From: an uncultured Thiotrichales bacterium
GTDB lineage: Bacteria; Pseudomonadota; Gammaproteobacteria; Francisellales; CACEW01
NCBI GenBank assembly: GCA_903870015.1
Contig: CAIQBE010000006.1
Location: 12,468 to 76,467, forward strand
Length of the DNA stretch: 64,000 bases
Direction: 5' to 3'
Numbering within the stretch: the first letter of the stretch is position 1; each line of letters begins with the position of its first letter. The notes under the pieces were generated by a model. The model searched no databases and had not been told where the DNA came from. It was given only the letters and a program-made list of their open reading frames with translations. Made by a program: the position numbers and the translations under genes. Below, piece by piece: positions 18,419-29,677 of this stretch.

Positions 18419-18829
18419 TTATGAACCGAAGTTAACATCGGAAACATTAGTATTAAACGTCGACTCACTACCACCAAAGGTTGTTACGAACATATGCGCT
18501 AAAGGAATAGTCAGAATCAACGCTGTACCAAACGCTAAACTCGCAATACCCTTACTCATATGTTTTTCTTGACCAGAACCCGTATAGTTCTGTTTCAAAT
18601 GCACCAAGCCTTTGATAATCAAAATCAGACCTGACAAGGTTGCAATAATCATTGCAATATTAAAGGCAACACCGGCATTTTGGTTAATAACGTTCTGGAA
18701 AGCTCCCAAATTTGTCACAGTACCTTCATCATCTGCAAACGCAAAACTCATTAACCCCATAACAAGGCCTGAACCCATCATAAGTTTTTTTACAAGATTA
18801 CTAGACATCATTTTTTGTACCAATTTCAT
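18419..18829 (-). CDS. IcmD/DotP (IcmC/DotV family) pilin-like membrane protein
   Basis: Signal peptide ending AFA, two TM helices joined by a KQ-containing loop, C-terminal TTFG; strong AAGGAG RBS; next to dotD. Confidence 0.7.
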   Translation of the reverse strand: MKLVQKMMSSNLVKKLMMGSGLVMGLMSFAFADDEGTVTNLGAFQNVINQNAGVAFNIAMIIATLSGLILIIKGLVHLKQNYTGSGQEKHMSKGIASLAFGTALILTIPLAHMFVTTFGGSESTFNTNVSDVNFGS

Positions 18830-19102
18830 GTTATACTTCTCCTTTAGTTGTTAAATAAATCATTAAAAGACCTTTAATCAATACGAATATCTCTTACTGA
18901 TTTCGGGGCTATGATACAAACTTTTACATTTTATCACAATTTAATAAATGTAACGCCTGCAATATTACCTCATAAAAAAACCTGAAAAATCCATAAATTA
19001 CAAGGCTTACAGCGCTAACTACTCGGTTACAAATACCACACCAATACTCACACGATTTCATTGTTTTAATATATGAATAAAACGATAAATATACCAAAAG
19101 CA

Positions 19103-20500
19103 TCACTTTCCAATACAAAAAGTACTGAAAATAGATCCTAGCAAGTCATCAGACCTAAATTCACCGGTAATCGCACCTAAAGACACTTGAGCCAAACGAC
19201 AGTCTTCTGCCAAAAGCTCTAAAGCATGCTGCACTTGGTAATGCATTAAGCCTTTTTGCAAAAAGCCAAAAGCCTGTTGCAATGCCTCTAAATGGCGACG
19301 CCGAGCGATAAACGAATGCTCACAGTCATTACCCATACTCACATTCTTTAAAATAGCATCTTCCAAATAGGCAAGACCCTCCGCATATTTCGCAGAAAGC
19401 TGTACTAACGATACCACTTTTTCTTCAGAATTAAAATGTAATTTAACTTGGGAAAAGTGAGCCTGCGTTTTTACCAAATCAATTTTATTGACAACAATAA
19501 TGAATGGCAAGGCCTGCACAACACTTTCCATACCTTGGAAAAATTTTTTTAATTCAGCTGCGATGTATTTGTCATCTATATTTTTAACGTCCAATGCATC
19601 AATGACCCACAACACAAGATCAGTTTTTTGTAGCATAGCCAAAGCGCGCTTCATACCCTCTGCCTCAATCACATCAGCATGATCACGCAAACCCGCAGTA
19701 TCAACAATATGCACAGGCACCCCTTTAACACTAATACTTTCTTTAATCAAATCACGAGTCGTACCAGGATGCTCACTCACAATAGCCACATCATTTTGCG
19801 CCAATGCATTTAAAAGGCTTGATTTACCCGCATTAGGCTTCCCTAAAATCAGCAGCGTCAACCCCTCTTTTAAAATCACGCCCTGCTTAGCACTCTCAAT
19901 CACGCGCTCCAATTGAGATAAAATTTGCATAAGCTGCTCAATCACTTTAGCATTTTCAACAAATTCAACATCTTCTTCGGGAAAATCTAAGGTCGCCTCA
20001 ATAAAAGTACGGAGATAAATAAGCTGCACCACCAACGCATGAATAAGTTTTGAAAAATCTCCCTGCAAAGATCTCAGAGCAGATCTCGCAGCCCCAATGC
20101 TTGCAGCATCAATCAAATCGGCAATTGCCTCGGCCTGCAGCAAATCAATTTTGTCATTTAAAAACGCACGCTCCGAAAACTCCCCCGGCCTTGCCAAACG
20201 GGCACCCTGTTGCAAAATTGCTGCCAAAATAAGATCCAAAACAATAGGACTACCATGCCCCTGCAACTCAACAACATCTTCACCCGTAAATGAATGTGGG
20301 CCTGCAAAGAAAATGGCAACGCCCTCATCTAAAAGCAGATTATTTTGATCATAAAATTTAGCAAAATGTGCTTGCCTAGGCAAAAGCTCAATATGCGTAA
20401 TGCGCTGCGCAATCAAAAAAGCTTTCGGCCCAGAAATACGCACAATCCCCACACCGCCACGACCAGGAGGCGTGGCTATTGCAGCAATAGTATCAATCAT
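19103..20500 (-). CDS. mnmE: tRNA modification GTPase MnmE
   Basis: DTIAAIATPPGRGGVGIVRISG, GKPNAGKSSL, DTAGLR, NKID, C-terminal FCIGK. Confidence 0.98.
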   Translation of the reverse strand: MIDTIAAIATPPGRGGVGIVRISGPKAFLIAQRITHIELLPRQAHFAKFYDQNNLLLDEGVAIFFAGPHSFTGEDVVELQGHGSPIVLDLILAAILQQGARLARPGEFSERAFLNDKIDLLQAEAIADLIDAASIGAARSALRSLQGDFSKLIHALVVQLIYLRTFIEATLDFPEEDVEFVENAKVIEQLMQILSQLERVIESAKQGVILKEGLTLLILGKPNAGKSSLLNALAQNDVAIVSEHPGTTRDLIKESISVKGVPVHIVDTAGLRDHADVIEAEGMKRALAMLQKTDLVLWVIDALDVKNIDDKYIAAELKKFFQGMESVVQALPFIIVVNKIDLVKTQAHFSQVKLHFNSEEKVVSLVQLSAKYAEGLAYLEDAILKNVSMGNDCEHSFIARRRHLEALQQAFGFLQKGLMHYQVQHALELLAEDCRLAQVSLGAITGEFRSDDLLGSIFSTFCIGK

Positions 20501-21743
20501 GATGTTCATACACAGGCACACAATGAGTTTCAGGCAAACAACGCCAAGTAATCAGCAAGCCTAAGAATAAAACCAAAGGAATCACAATAAAGCCTAACTG
20601 ATAATCCTGGACACTATAAATATGAGTGGTCACACCTCGCGCCTGGGCATGCCCATCAATGATATATCCCATCAAAGGCTGCGACACCACACCAGTAAAT
20701 ACCGCTGCTAAATTAATCAGGCCTGAGGCTGCAACAAAGTGTTTGTGTGGAATTAAATCTTTGGCGACCCCAAAGGTTAAACTTTGCAAAGACGCTGCAA
20801 AGCCCAAAACAAATAACAAAATCGCAACAACCCATAAAGGCAAACGGGGCGCCATCATAAATAATAAACCAGCTATAATCCCCACGCTAAAGCAAAAATA
20901 AAACGGCAATTTACGTTGTTTCATCCGATCAGACCACCAGCCAACCAAAGGTGAGCCAATACCTAAACCTAACCATAATAAGACATATAGATAACCTGTG
21001 GCTTCATTACTTAAGTTATAAACTCCCATCAAATAAGGCACGCCCCAAAGCGCACCCACACCCGTCACCGTAATCCAAGATGCAAAACCAACAAGGGCAA
21101 TCCACCAAACCGCTTTAATTTTAAAGACATCCCGTAAACGCTGATCATGATACTCTACGGCAACTTTAACCTGAGGCTGACCATCTCTTAATACCGCCCA
21201 AAACAAAACTGACAAAATCAGGGTAACAAAACCAATACCAATCATAGATTCACGCCAACCCAAAGCATTTACCAAGGCAGCCATAGGCCCGCCGCCAATA
21301 ATACACCCCAAAGAAGCCCCCACCTGAACAAGACCCGCAATCAACGCAAAATATTTATGGGCAAACCAGCGCGACGCCAAAAACAAAGCGCCCAAAAATG
21401 CAAAGGGCGAACCAATCCCCATCAACAACCGCGCAAAAGCAATCTGCCAAGGCGCCTGCGCCACCCCAAAAAGCAAAGCACCCACACCACTCACGAGTAC
21501 CGCTAAACTCAATAAAGCTCTAGCACCAAAACGATCCAAAAGCATACCTGCGGGCACCTGAAAAAAAGTAGACGCTAAAAAAAATACTGCCAACAAAGAC
21601 CCTAAAGCACCGGCATCTAAATTAAACGTAGATAGTAAACTCCCTGTCATGACACTGGGCGACACTGCCAAAAAATAATCATAGACATAAAAAAACGAAC
21701 CTAAAGTACAGATAACAAAAGGGGCTATCTTCTTATAACACAT
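20493..21743 (-). CDS. MFS transporter, Pht-like (phagosomal transporter family)
   Basis: FY.Y.YFL.VSPSVM, Q.PAG.LLDRFG.R, LWGVPYL; about 12 TMs. Confidence 0.85.
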   Translation of the reverse strand: MCYKKIAPFVICTLGSFFYVYDYFLAVSPSVMTGSLLSTFNLDAGALGSLLAVFFLASTFFQVPAGMLLDRFGARALLSLAVLVSGVGALLFGVAQAPWQIAFARLLMGIGSPFAFLGALFLASRWFAHKYFALIAGLVQVGASLGCIIGGGPMAALVNALGWRESMIGIGFVTLILSVLFWAVLRDGQPQVKVAVEYHDQRLRDVFKIKAVWWIALVGFASWITVTGVGALWGVPYLMGVYNLSNEATGYLYVLLWLGLGIGSPLVGWWSDRMKQRKLPFYFCFSVGIIAGLLFMMAPRLPLWVVAILLFVLGFAASLQSLTFGVAKDLIPHKHFVAASGLINLAAVFTGVVSQPLMGYIIDGHAQARGVTTHIYSVQDYQLGFIVIPLVLFLGLLITWRCLPETHCVPVYEHHD

Positions 21744-21848
21744 AGTAAAGTCTCCTTTTCAAGAAATAAGCATGTATACCGAGTGCAACGCCAACAAACA
21801 AATGCTACAATAGGACGGTTGAATTTGAAAGAGTGAGAGTCATTTTTT

Positions 21849-24476
21849 ATGGATAATAACTTAGTACCTAACGCCCTAGGCGAAATCATCCCAGTAAACC
21901 TTGAGGATGAGCTTAAACAATCTTACTTAGCCTACGCCATGAGCGTCATCATCGGCCGGGCACTACCTGATGCACGCGATGGCTTAAAGCCCGTGCATCG
22001 CCGCGTATTATTCGCTATGCGCGAGTTAGGTAATGATTTTAACAAACCTTATAAAAAATCCGCCCGTATCGTTGGTGACGTAATCGGTAAATACCACCCT
22101 CACGGCGACACCGCGGTTTACGACACCATCGTACGTATGGCCCAGCCCTTCTCTTTACGCTACTTACTTGTAGATGGCCAGGGTAACTTTGGTTCTGTTG
22201 ACGGCGACTCCCCTGCAGCAATGCGTTATACCGAAGTGCGCATGTCTGAACTCGCTCACGCTCTCTTAGAGGACTTAGACAAAGAAACCGTAGACTTTGA
22301 ACCCAACTATGACGAAACCGAGCTCATTCCCACCGTCTTACCAACACGTGTACCCAATTTATTAATCAACGGCAGCTCGGGGATTGCAGTAGGGATGGCG
22401 ACCAATATCCCACCGCATAATCTTAATGAAGTCGTCGATGCCTGTATTGCCTTAATCGACAACCCAGAGCTTGGTGTTGACGATCTCATCAGCTTCATCC
22501 CAGGCCCAGACTTTCCCACCGCGGGCATTATCCAAGGCCGTGCTGGTATTGTGAGCGCCTATCGGACCGGTCGTGGCTCTGTCGTTATTCGCGGTCGCAC
22601 CCATATCGAAACCGACGAGCGCAGCGGCAAGGACAGCATTATCGTCACCGAGCTACCCTATCAAGTTAACAAAGCTCGCCTGATTGAAAAAATCGCCGAA
22701 CTCGTGAAAGACAAAAAAATCGAAGGCATCACCGAATTACGTGACGAATCCGACAAAGACGGTATGCGCATCGTCATCGAGGTCCGCAAAGGCGAAATGA
22801 CCGATGTCTTGCTCAATAATTTATTTATCCAAACACAAATGCAAAGCTCGTTTGGGATTAATACCGTAGCCCTCTTAAATGGCCAGCCGCGTATTTTAAA
22901 TCTGAAAGAAGTATTAGTTGCCTTCATCGAACACCGCCAAGAAGTTGTGACCCGCCGCACCATTTATGAGTTGAAAAAAGCCCGTGAACGCGCGCATTTA
23001 CTAGAGGGCCTAGGGGTTGCCTTAAGCAACATCGATGAAATGATTGCCATCATCCGCTCCTCACGCGAACCTGCCGTTGCCAAAGAAGGCTTACTAGCAC
23101 GCACCTGGAAACCCGGGAATGTACAAGCACTGCTTGAAAAAACCGGCAATGACATCGCGCGCCCGAAAGGCTTATCCGCTGAATTTGGCCTATTAAATAA
23201 TAACGAATATCGTCTCTCCGAAGCCCAAGTCGATGCCATTTTAGAATTACGCTTACAGCGTTTAACCGGCCTTGAACAAGACAAAATTTTCAATGAATAC
23301 CAAGAGTTATTAGTGGCCATTCAGGGTTATCTAGAAATCCTCGCTGACGTGAAACGCCTCATGGAAGTGATTCGAGAAGATTTAGTCATCGTAAAAGAAA
23401 AGTTCGGTGATGAGCGCCGCACGGAAATTACCGAGGGTTCCGGCGATTTATTAATGGAAGATTTAATCCCCAGAACTGACATGGTCGTAACACTATCCTC
23501 AGAAGGCTACGCCAAAGCGCAACCAGCATCTGATTACGAAGCCCAACGTCGTGGCGGTCGTGGCAAAGCAGCCACCAGCCTCAAAGAAGAAGATTATGTT
23601 GAGAAACTCGTTGCCGCCAATAGCCATGACTATCTATTATGCTTCTCCAACAAAGGCCAACTTTACTGGCTCAAGGTATACACGCTACCACAAGCCGGGC
23701 GCAATTCCCGCGGTCGCCCCATCAATAATTTACTACCACTGGAAGAAGGCGAAAAAATCACCGCACTCTTGCCTGTAGCAGAATTTGACGATGAACATTA
23801 TATTTTCATGGCAACGGCCTTTGGCGTAGTGAAAAAGACCGTACTCTCAGCCTTTGCCCGCCCCAGAACAGCAGGCATTCGCGCCGTAGAATTAGATGAA
23901 GGCGATCAACTAATTGATGCTGCAATTACCGACGGCAAACGTGAAATTATGCTATTCTCTGATGAGGGCAAGGCAGTACGCTTTAACGAAGATGACGTCC
24001 GCGCCATGGGCCGCATGTCTAGAGGCGTACGCGGCATTCGCTTACAAGAAAAACAAAGAGTCGTGTCCCTAATCGTCGTGACCGATCCCAATGTCGATAT
24101 CCTAACCGCCACCGAACACGGCTACGGCAAACGCACCCCTGTGTCTGAATACCGCTTAGTCGGCCGCGGCGCCCAAGGCGTGATGTCGATTCAAACAACA
24201 GAAAGAAACGGTAACGTCGTCAGCGCGGTTGCTGTTGTCGATATTGACGAAATTATGCTAATCACAAGCGGCGGCGTCCTAGTACGCACCCGCGCCAAAG
24301 AGATATCCACCATCGGCCGCAATACCCAAGGCGTACGCTTGATTAATCTAGGTGACAATGAAAAACTTGTCAGCTGTGAAGTGGTTGCCGCCCTCAAAGA
24401 TGAGGAAATAACAACCACAGAATCCACAACAGAACCGATGATAGAGATCGAAGGCACAGAAGATAGCAAGGAATAA
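21849..24476 (+). CDS. gyrA: DNA gyrase subunit A
   Basis: [29 protein letters not shown], GyrA box QRRGGRG. Confidence 0.99.
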   Translation: MDNNLVPNALGEIIPVNLEDELKQSYLAYAMSVIIGRALPDARDGLKPVHRRVLFAMRELGNDFNKPYKKSARIVGDVIGKYHPHGDTAVYDTIVRMAQPFSLRYLLVDGQGNFGSVDGDSPAAMRYTEVRMSELAHALLEDLDKETVDFEPNYDETELIPTVLPTRVPNLLINGSSGIAVGMATNIPPHNLNEVVDACIALIDNPELGVDDLISFIPGPDFPTAGIIQGRAGIVSAYRTGRGSVVIRGRTHIETDERSGKDSIIVTELPYQVNKARLIEKIAELVKDKKIEGITELRDESDKDGMRIVIEVRKGEMTDVLLNNLFIQTQMQSSFGINTVALLNGQPRILNLKEVLVAFIEHRQEVVTRRTIYELKKARERAHLLEGLGVALSNIDEMIAIIRSSREPAVAKEGLLARTWKPGNVQALLEKTGNDIARPKGLSAEFGLLNNNEYRLSEAQVDAILELRLQRLTGLEQDKIFNEYQELLVAIQGYLEILADVKRLMEVIREDLVIVKEKFGDERRTEITEGSGDLLMEDLIPRTDMVVTLSSEGYAKAQPASDYEAQRRGGRGKAATSLKEEDYVEKLVAANSHDYLLCFSNKGQLYWLKVYTLPQAGRNSRGRPINNLLPLEEGEKITALLPVAEFDDEHYIFMATAFGVVKKTVLSAFARPRTAGIRAVELDEGDQLIDAAITDGKREIMLFSDEGKAVRFNEDDVRAMGRMSRGVRGIRLQEKQRVVSLIVVTDPNVDILTATEHGYGKRTPVSEYRLVGRGAQGVMSIQTTERNGNVVSAVAVVDIDEIMLITSGGVLVRTRAKEISTIGRNTQGVRLINLGDNEKLVSCEVVAALKDEEITTTESTTEPMIEIEGTEDSKE

Positions 24477-24481
24477 ACATA

Positions 24482-25180
24482 ATGCCGACCCCAATCATCA
24501 CCATTGACGGCCCAGGCGGCGTTGGCAAAGGCACCATGGCGCGCATTATTGCGGGCAAACTAGGCTTTCACTTTTTAGACAGCGGCGCCCTGTATCGCGT
24601 TACAGCTTACGCCTGCCAAAAACACCATATTCCCGTCGAAGACCCAACAAAAGTTGCGGCTATAGCGTGTGCGCTTAATTTAAAATTTGAGCTTAAAGAT
24701 GACCCGATGATGGACCCTGGCGTGATTTTTGAAGATGAACAGGTCAATGAATTTATCCGTGCTGAGGCGTGCGGGACTTTAGCATCAAAAATATCCTCTT
24801 ATCCCGAACTACGCCAAGCCCTGCTTAGCTTACAGCACAGCTTTGCCAAAGAACCCGGCCTAGTGACCGATGGTCGCGATATGGGCACGATTATCTTCCC
24901 AGAGGCCCCAGCAAAATTCTTTTTAACGGCATCACCAGAGGTCCGCGCCCAAAGGCGCCAAGGACAATTGCAAGCGCAAGGAATTTGTGCTAAGATTGAC
25001 AACCTTTTAGAGGAAATAAAGGCTCGGGATCTTCGCGATCAAACGCGTAGTATCGCGCCACTAGTTCCCGCAAAGGACGCGCTCATTATCGATACGTCGA
25101 CGCTTAGTATTAACGACGTCGTAGCCCTAATGATGCAATACATTAAAAAAACCGGTGTTAAGGTGCCACAAGCACTTTAA
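24482..25180 (+). CDS. cmk: cytidylate kinase
   Basis: ITIDGPGGVGKGT, LDSGALYR, DGRDMGT. Confidence 0.97.
   Translation: MPTPIITIDGPGGVGKGTMARIIAGKLGFHFLDSGALYRVTAYACQKHHIPVEDPTKVAAIACALNLKFELKDDPMMDPGVIFEDEQVNEFIRAEACGTLASKISSYPELRQALLSLQHSFAKEPGLVTDGRDMGTIIFPEAPAKFFLTASPEVRAQRRQGQLQAQGICAKIDNLLEEIKARDLRDQTRSIAPLVPAKDALIIDTSTLSINDVVALMMQYIKKTGVKVPQAL
24968..24996 (+). promoter_or_regulatory. probable rpsA promoter inside cmk
   Basis: TTGCAA-N17-TAAGAT with extended TG; rpsA promoters lie within cmk in other gammaproteobacteria. Confidence 0.5.
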
Positions 25181-25234
25181 TTAACTTTAACTAACATCCC
25201 CCTGGTCATATCAGGGTAACAATAGGTCAAATCC

Positions 25235-26914
25235 ATGTCAGAAAATTTTGCACAGCTCCTCGAAGAAAGTTTCAAAAACCTAGAAATGCGTGAAGGCACC
25301 CTCGTTAAAGGGATTGTCATCGGCATCAACGACAAATTCGTGATCGTCGACGCTTCATTAAAATCCGAAGCTCTCATTCCTTGTGAACAATTCAAAGACT
25401 TAGCAGGTCAACTCACCGTCAAAGTGGGTGACACCATCGAAGTCGCTCTTGATGCCGTCGAAGACAGCACCGGCGAAACCAAACTATCACGTGAAAAAGC
25501 GAAACGCCTAGAAGTATGGAAACGCTTGGAAGAAGCTTGCAATAACAAAGAAACCATCGAAGGGATTATCGTTGCCCGTGTTAAGGGCGGCTTTACCGTT
25601 GAGCTTGATAGCGTTCGCGCATTCTTGCCCGCATCACTCTTAGACACACGTCCATTAAAAGAAACCGCACAACTCGAAGGCAAACCTTTAGAGTTCAAAG
25701 TCGTTAAAATCGACGCTAAACGCAATAACATCGTCGTATCTCGCCGTGCCGTTATCGAAGAAGAAGGCTCAGCAGAACGCGATACCTTATTACAAAACCT
25801 ACACGAAGGCCAACGCGTACGCGGTATTGTGAAGAACTTAACCGACTACGGTGCATTTATTGACTTAGGCGGCATCGACGGTCTCTTACACATCACCGAC
25901 ATGGCCTGGAAACGTATTAAACATCCAAGTGAAATGCTCCAAGTAGGCGACGAAATTGATGTAATGGTTCTTAAATTTGAACGTGAAAAGAACCGTGTAT
26001 CCTTAGGTATTAAACAATTAGGCGGTGACCCATGGGTTAACTTTGCTGAACGTTTCCCTGAAGGCAAAAAATTAAGAGGCGTGGTCACCAACATCGCTGA
26101 TTACGGTTGCTTTGTTGAAATCGCTGAAGGCGTTGAAGGCTTAGTACACGTATCAGAAATGGACTGGACCAACAAAAATGTTAACCCCAATAAAGTTGTC
26201 ACTTTAGGCCAAGAGGTCGATGTCATGATCTTAGATGTAGATCCAGAACGTCGTCGTATTTCCTTAGGCTTGAAACAATGTATCGACAACCCATGGGCAT
26301 CGTTTGCACAAAAATACAAGAAAGGTGACTCCGTTAGCGGCGTAATCAAATCCATCACTGACTTTGGTGTCTTCATCGGTATCGACGGCAATATCGATGG
26401 CCTGATCCACCTATCAGACCTATCTTGGACCCTAAGCGGGGAAGAAGCGGTTAAACAATACAAAAAAGGCGATCAAGTCTCTGCCATGGTACTTGCGATT
26501 GACGTAGAACGTGAGCGCGTGTCTTTAGGCATCAAACAACTCGAAAATGATCCTTTCAGCGGCTTTTTAACAGAAAATGAAAAAGGCACCCTGCTTAAAG
26601 GCACCATTAGCGATGTTGATGAAAAAGGCGCTACCGTTGATCTTATTAACGGCATGCAAGCTTACATCAAAGCCAACGACCTCTCCAATGAGCGCATCAG
26701 TGATGCACGCAAAGTAGTAAAAGTCGGCGATGAAATCGAAGCAGCGTTTGTAACCGTTGATCGTAAAAACAATCAAATTCTTTTGTCCGTACGCGCACTC
26801 CAAGAAAGTGATGCTCGCGAGACCAAAGAACGCCTACAAAACCAAGAAGAACAACCTTCGACAACATTAGGCGATTTGATCAAAGAGCAACTTGCCAATC
26901 GTGACGAAAAATAA
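25235..26914 (+). CDS. rpsA: 30S ribosomal protein S1
   Basis: [12 protein letters not shown], repeated S1 domains ([22 protein letters not shown]). Confidence 0.99.
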   Translation: MSENFAQLLEESFKNLEMREGTLVKGIVIGINDKFVIVDASLKSEALIPCEQFKDLAGQLTVKVGDTIEVALDAVEDSTGETKLSREKAKRLEVWKRLEEACNNKETIEGIIVARVKGGFTVELDSVRAFLPASLLDTRPLKETAQLEGKPLEFKVVKIDAKRNNIVVSRRAVIEEEGSAERDTLLQNLHEGQRVRGIVKNLTDYGAFIDLGGIDGLLHITDMAWKRIKHPSEMLQVGDEIDVMVLKFEREKNRVSLGIKQLGGDPWVNFAERFPEGKKLRGVVTNIADYGCFVEIAEGVEGLVHVSEMDWTNKNVNPNKVVTLGQEVDVMILDVDPERRRISLGLKQCIDNPWASFAQKYKKGDSVSGVIKSITDFGVFIGIDGNIDGLIHLSDLSWTLSGEEAVKQYKKGDQVSAMVLAIDVERERVSLGIKQLENDPFSGFLTENEKGTLLKGTISDVDEKGATVDLINGMQAYIKANDLSNERISDARKVVKVGDEIEAAFVTVDRKNNQILLSVRALQESDARETKERLQNQEEQPSTTLGDLIKEQLANRDEK

Positions 26915-26982
26915 AGTGGGCTGAGTAACACCAAATCCTTTGGGTCTAACGACTCAAAGGCCCCCTCTTTAACTTAAGGATC

Positions 26983-27732
26983 ATGGCTATGGATATAAAA
27001 CCACATCATCGCTCTCATCGAGTTCTAGAAACATTAAATACCGCCGCATATCTTTATAAAAAAAGCTTTCGCCAAGTATTTCTCTTAGCCTTCATCACGG
27101 CACTCTTAAACCAGCTCTTAAGCCTATATTTCTTAAATACTTTTATTTTTGACAGCGAACACATTAATCTTAACTCACCCACAGGCTTTGGCTTGAGCTT
27201 ATTTTTGATGTTATTTGTCATCCTCTTCGGTAATTCTTTAATTTTAGTGCGCCAAAATGCCTTACTAAAACAAGAAACCATAAGCGTAAGCACTGCCTTC
27301 AACCGCGTACTCCAACGCTTCCCCGGAATTTTTGCATCCGGCATTATTTTTGCCTTGTTTAGCATCGTAGGCATTGCACTTTATGTGTTACCGGGCTTAG
27401 TGTTCATGACCTTTTTTTATGTTTATCTACCTTCATTATTATTTGCTCACAAAAAAGCCTTTGAATCCTGGATGTTCAGCTATCGCCTGATTAAGCCACA
27501 TTTTTTAGCAACCCTAGGTATTGTACTCATCAACTTAATTTTGCTCTGGATCCCCCCCGAGCTCACTGAAGTCCTCAGCATGTATTTTAACAATGACGGC
27601 TCAGTGTATGGCATAGAGGTCACCATTATTGTGTTTGCTATCGCCCTCATCCTACCAATGACTAATGCAATCACCTTATCCTGGTTCTACAAATTACAAG
27701 AACCTGCTGCCCCTAAAGTACCAACACTATAA
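26983..27732 (+). CDS. hypothetical multi-pass membrane protein (YciC-like)
   Basis: About 6 hydrophobic helices, G..L.VLPG motif, AAGGA RBS. Confidence 0.7.
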   Translation: MAMDIKPHHRSHRVLETLNTAAYLYKKSFRQVFLLAFITALLNQLLSLYFLNTFIFDSEHINLNSPTGFGLSLFLMLFVILFGNSLILVRQNALLKQETISVSTAFNRVLQRFPGIFASGIIFALFSIVGIALYVLPGLVFMTFFYVYLPSLLFAHKKAFESWMFSYRLIKPHFLATLGIVLINLILLWIPPELTEVLSMYFNNDGSVYGIEVTIIVFAIALILPMTNAITLSWFYKLQEPAAPKVPTL

Positions 27733-27799
27733 TACGGGCTTGTTATTAATTGACTCTCGTTTTAAAATCACTAATAACAACCATGAAAAGTGTTTAACG

Positions 27800-28072
27800 A
27801 TGACAAACGAAATGCCCGAAGAAGAATACCTCGAACTTTTTAGCAATGCCGCACCCAAAATCAAAGCCCCAGCGGCAGTAAACAACACAGAGAATGTCAT
27901 CGAGGATGATAGCGACAAGGACGCCACCGTGCGTAAACACATCTCCATCAAAGTACGCCAAAGCGATTTAGACTCCCTTAAAAAAGAAGCTGAAAAACGC
28001 GGGCTACGCTACCAATCGCTGATTAACAGCATTTTGCATCAATATGTCACGGGGCGATTGAGGCCCGTGTAA
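27800..28072 (+). CDS. CopG/BrnA-like ribbon-helix-helix antitoxin (orphan)
   Basis: ISIKVRQSDLDSLKKEAEKRGLRYQSLINSILHQYVTG pattern. Confidence 0.8.
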   Translation: MTNEMPEEEYLELFSNAAPKIKAPAAVNNTENVIEDDSDKDATVRKHISIKVRQSDLDSLKKEAEKRGLRYQSLINSILHQYVTGRLRPV

Positions 28073-28183
28073 TACAAGAAGGCCTGTCTAAAAATAAAGC
28101 CATTTCGGGAAAAATTGAAATACTTGCAAAAAACATCCATTATAAATTATTATATGATTTTAAATTCAAGACAAAAGGAATAT

Positions 28184-28531
28184 ATGAACAATTCATTTAC
28201 CCTTAGATGCTGTGCTTTTTTTACACAAGGCTTTAGCACCGGAGCAGGATTCCCTCCAACAATAGTTGACCCCGTAACGACATTAACTTTAAGCACAATA
28301 GCAACAAGCTTGTTCGCCACTCGCTATCCTTTTACCGAAGGGATATGCTATCAATTATCAGCATTTGCAGGGGGGCTTACCGCCCAAGTTTTTCGGAATG
28401 GTTTAACATTAGGTTTAGGTTATGATAGAACAACCAGTAACTGGTTATGCTATGGGGCTGCTGGCGCAGGGGCTTTAGTCACTAGCAAATTAATCACAGC
28501 AGCGGATCAACAACAAACAACCCCACAATAG
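28184..28531 (+). CDS. hypothetical small hydrophobic protein
   Basis: AAGGA RBS, 115 aa, Gly/Ala-rich hydrophobic helices. Confidence 0.6.
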   Translation: MNNSFTLRCCAFFTQGFSTGAGFPPTIVDPVTTLTLSTIATSLFATRYPFTEGICYQLSAFAGGLTAQVFRNGLTLGLGYDRTTSNWLCYGAAGAGALVTSKLITAADQQQTTPQ

Positions 28532-28570
28532 CAAAATTAATACATACATCCTTTACAGAAAAAATACACA

Positions 28571-28643
28571 TGAGTCACAATGAATTTTTTGAGCAGAGCA
28601 ATAGCACCGCTATTGCGAAGTGAAAAAGGTTCATTGCGGCACA
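28571..28643 (+). repeat. nested palindromic element or structured RNA
   Basis: Outer 20-bp stem with G-U pairs enclosing GCAATAGC-ACC-GCTATTGC. Confidence 0.55.
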
Positions 28644-28746
28644 ACAATAGAAGTTAAATCATCTGTTTTTAACCTGGATTTGGTAGTAACATTTGTCAAA
28701 CAAATAAAATATATGTAGAATAATCAAAAAACAAGCAGTATTTTTT

Positions 28747-29674
<928 letters not shown>

Positions 29675-29677
29675 ACC

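Noticed and set aside
3757-18829. Conjugative element (IncI-type tra) interpretation of the type IVB genes
   Set aside because: No relaxase, integrase, primase or att repeats seen; icmS, icmV and icmX and housekeeping flanks fit a chromosomal effector-translocating system.
18924-19118. 64-aa ORF between mnmE and the icmD-like gene
   Set aside because: No RBS or recognisable features; more likely AT-rich promoter DNA.
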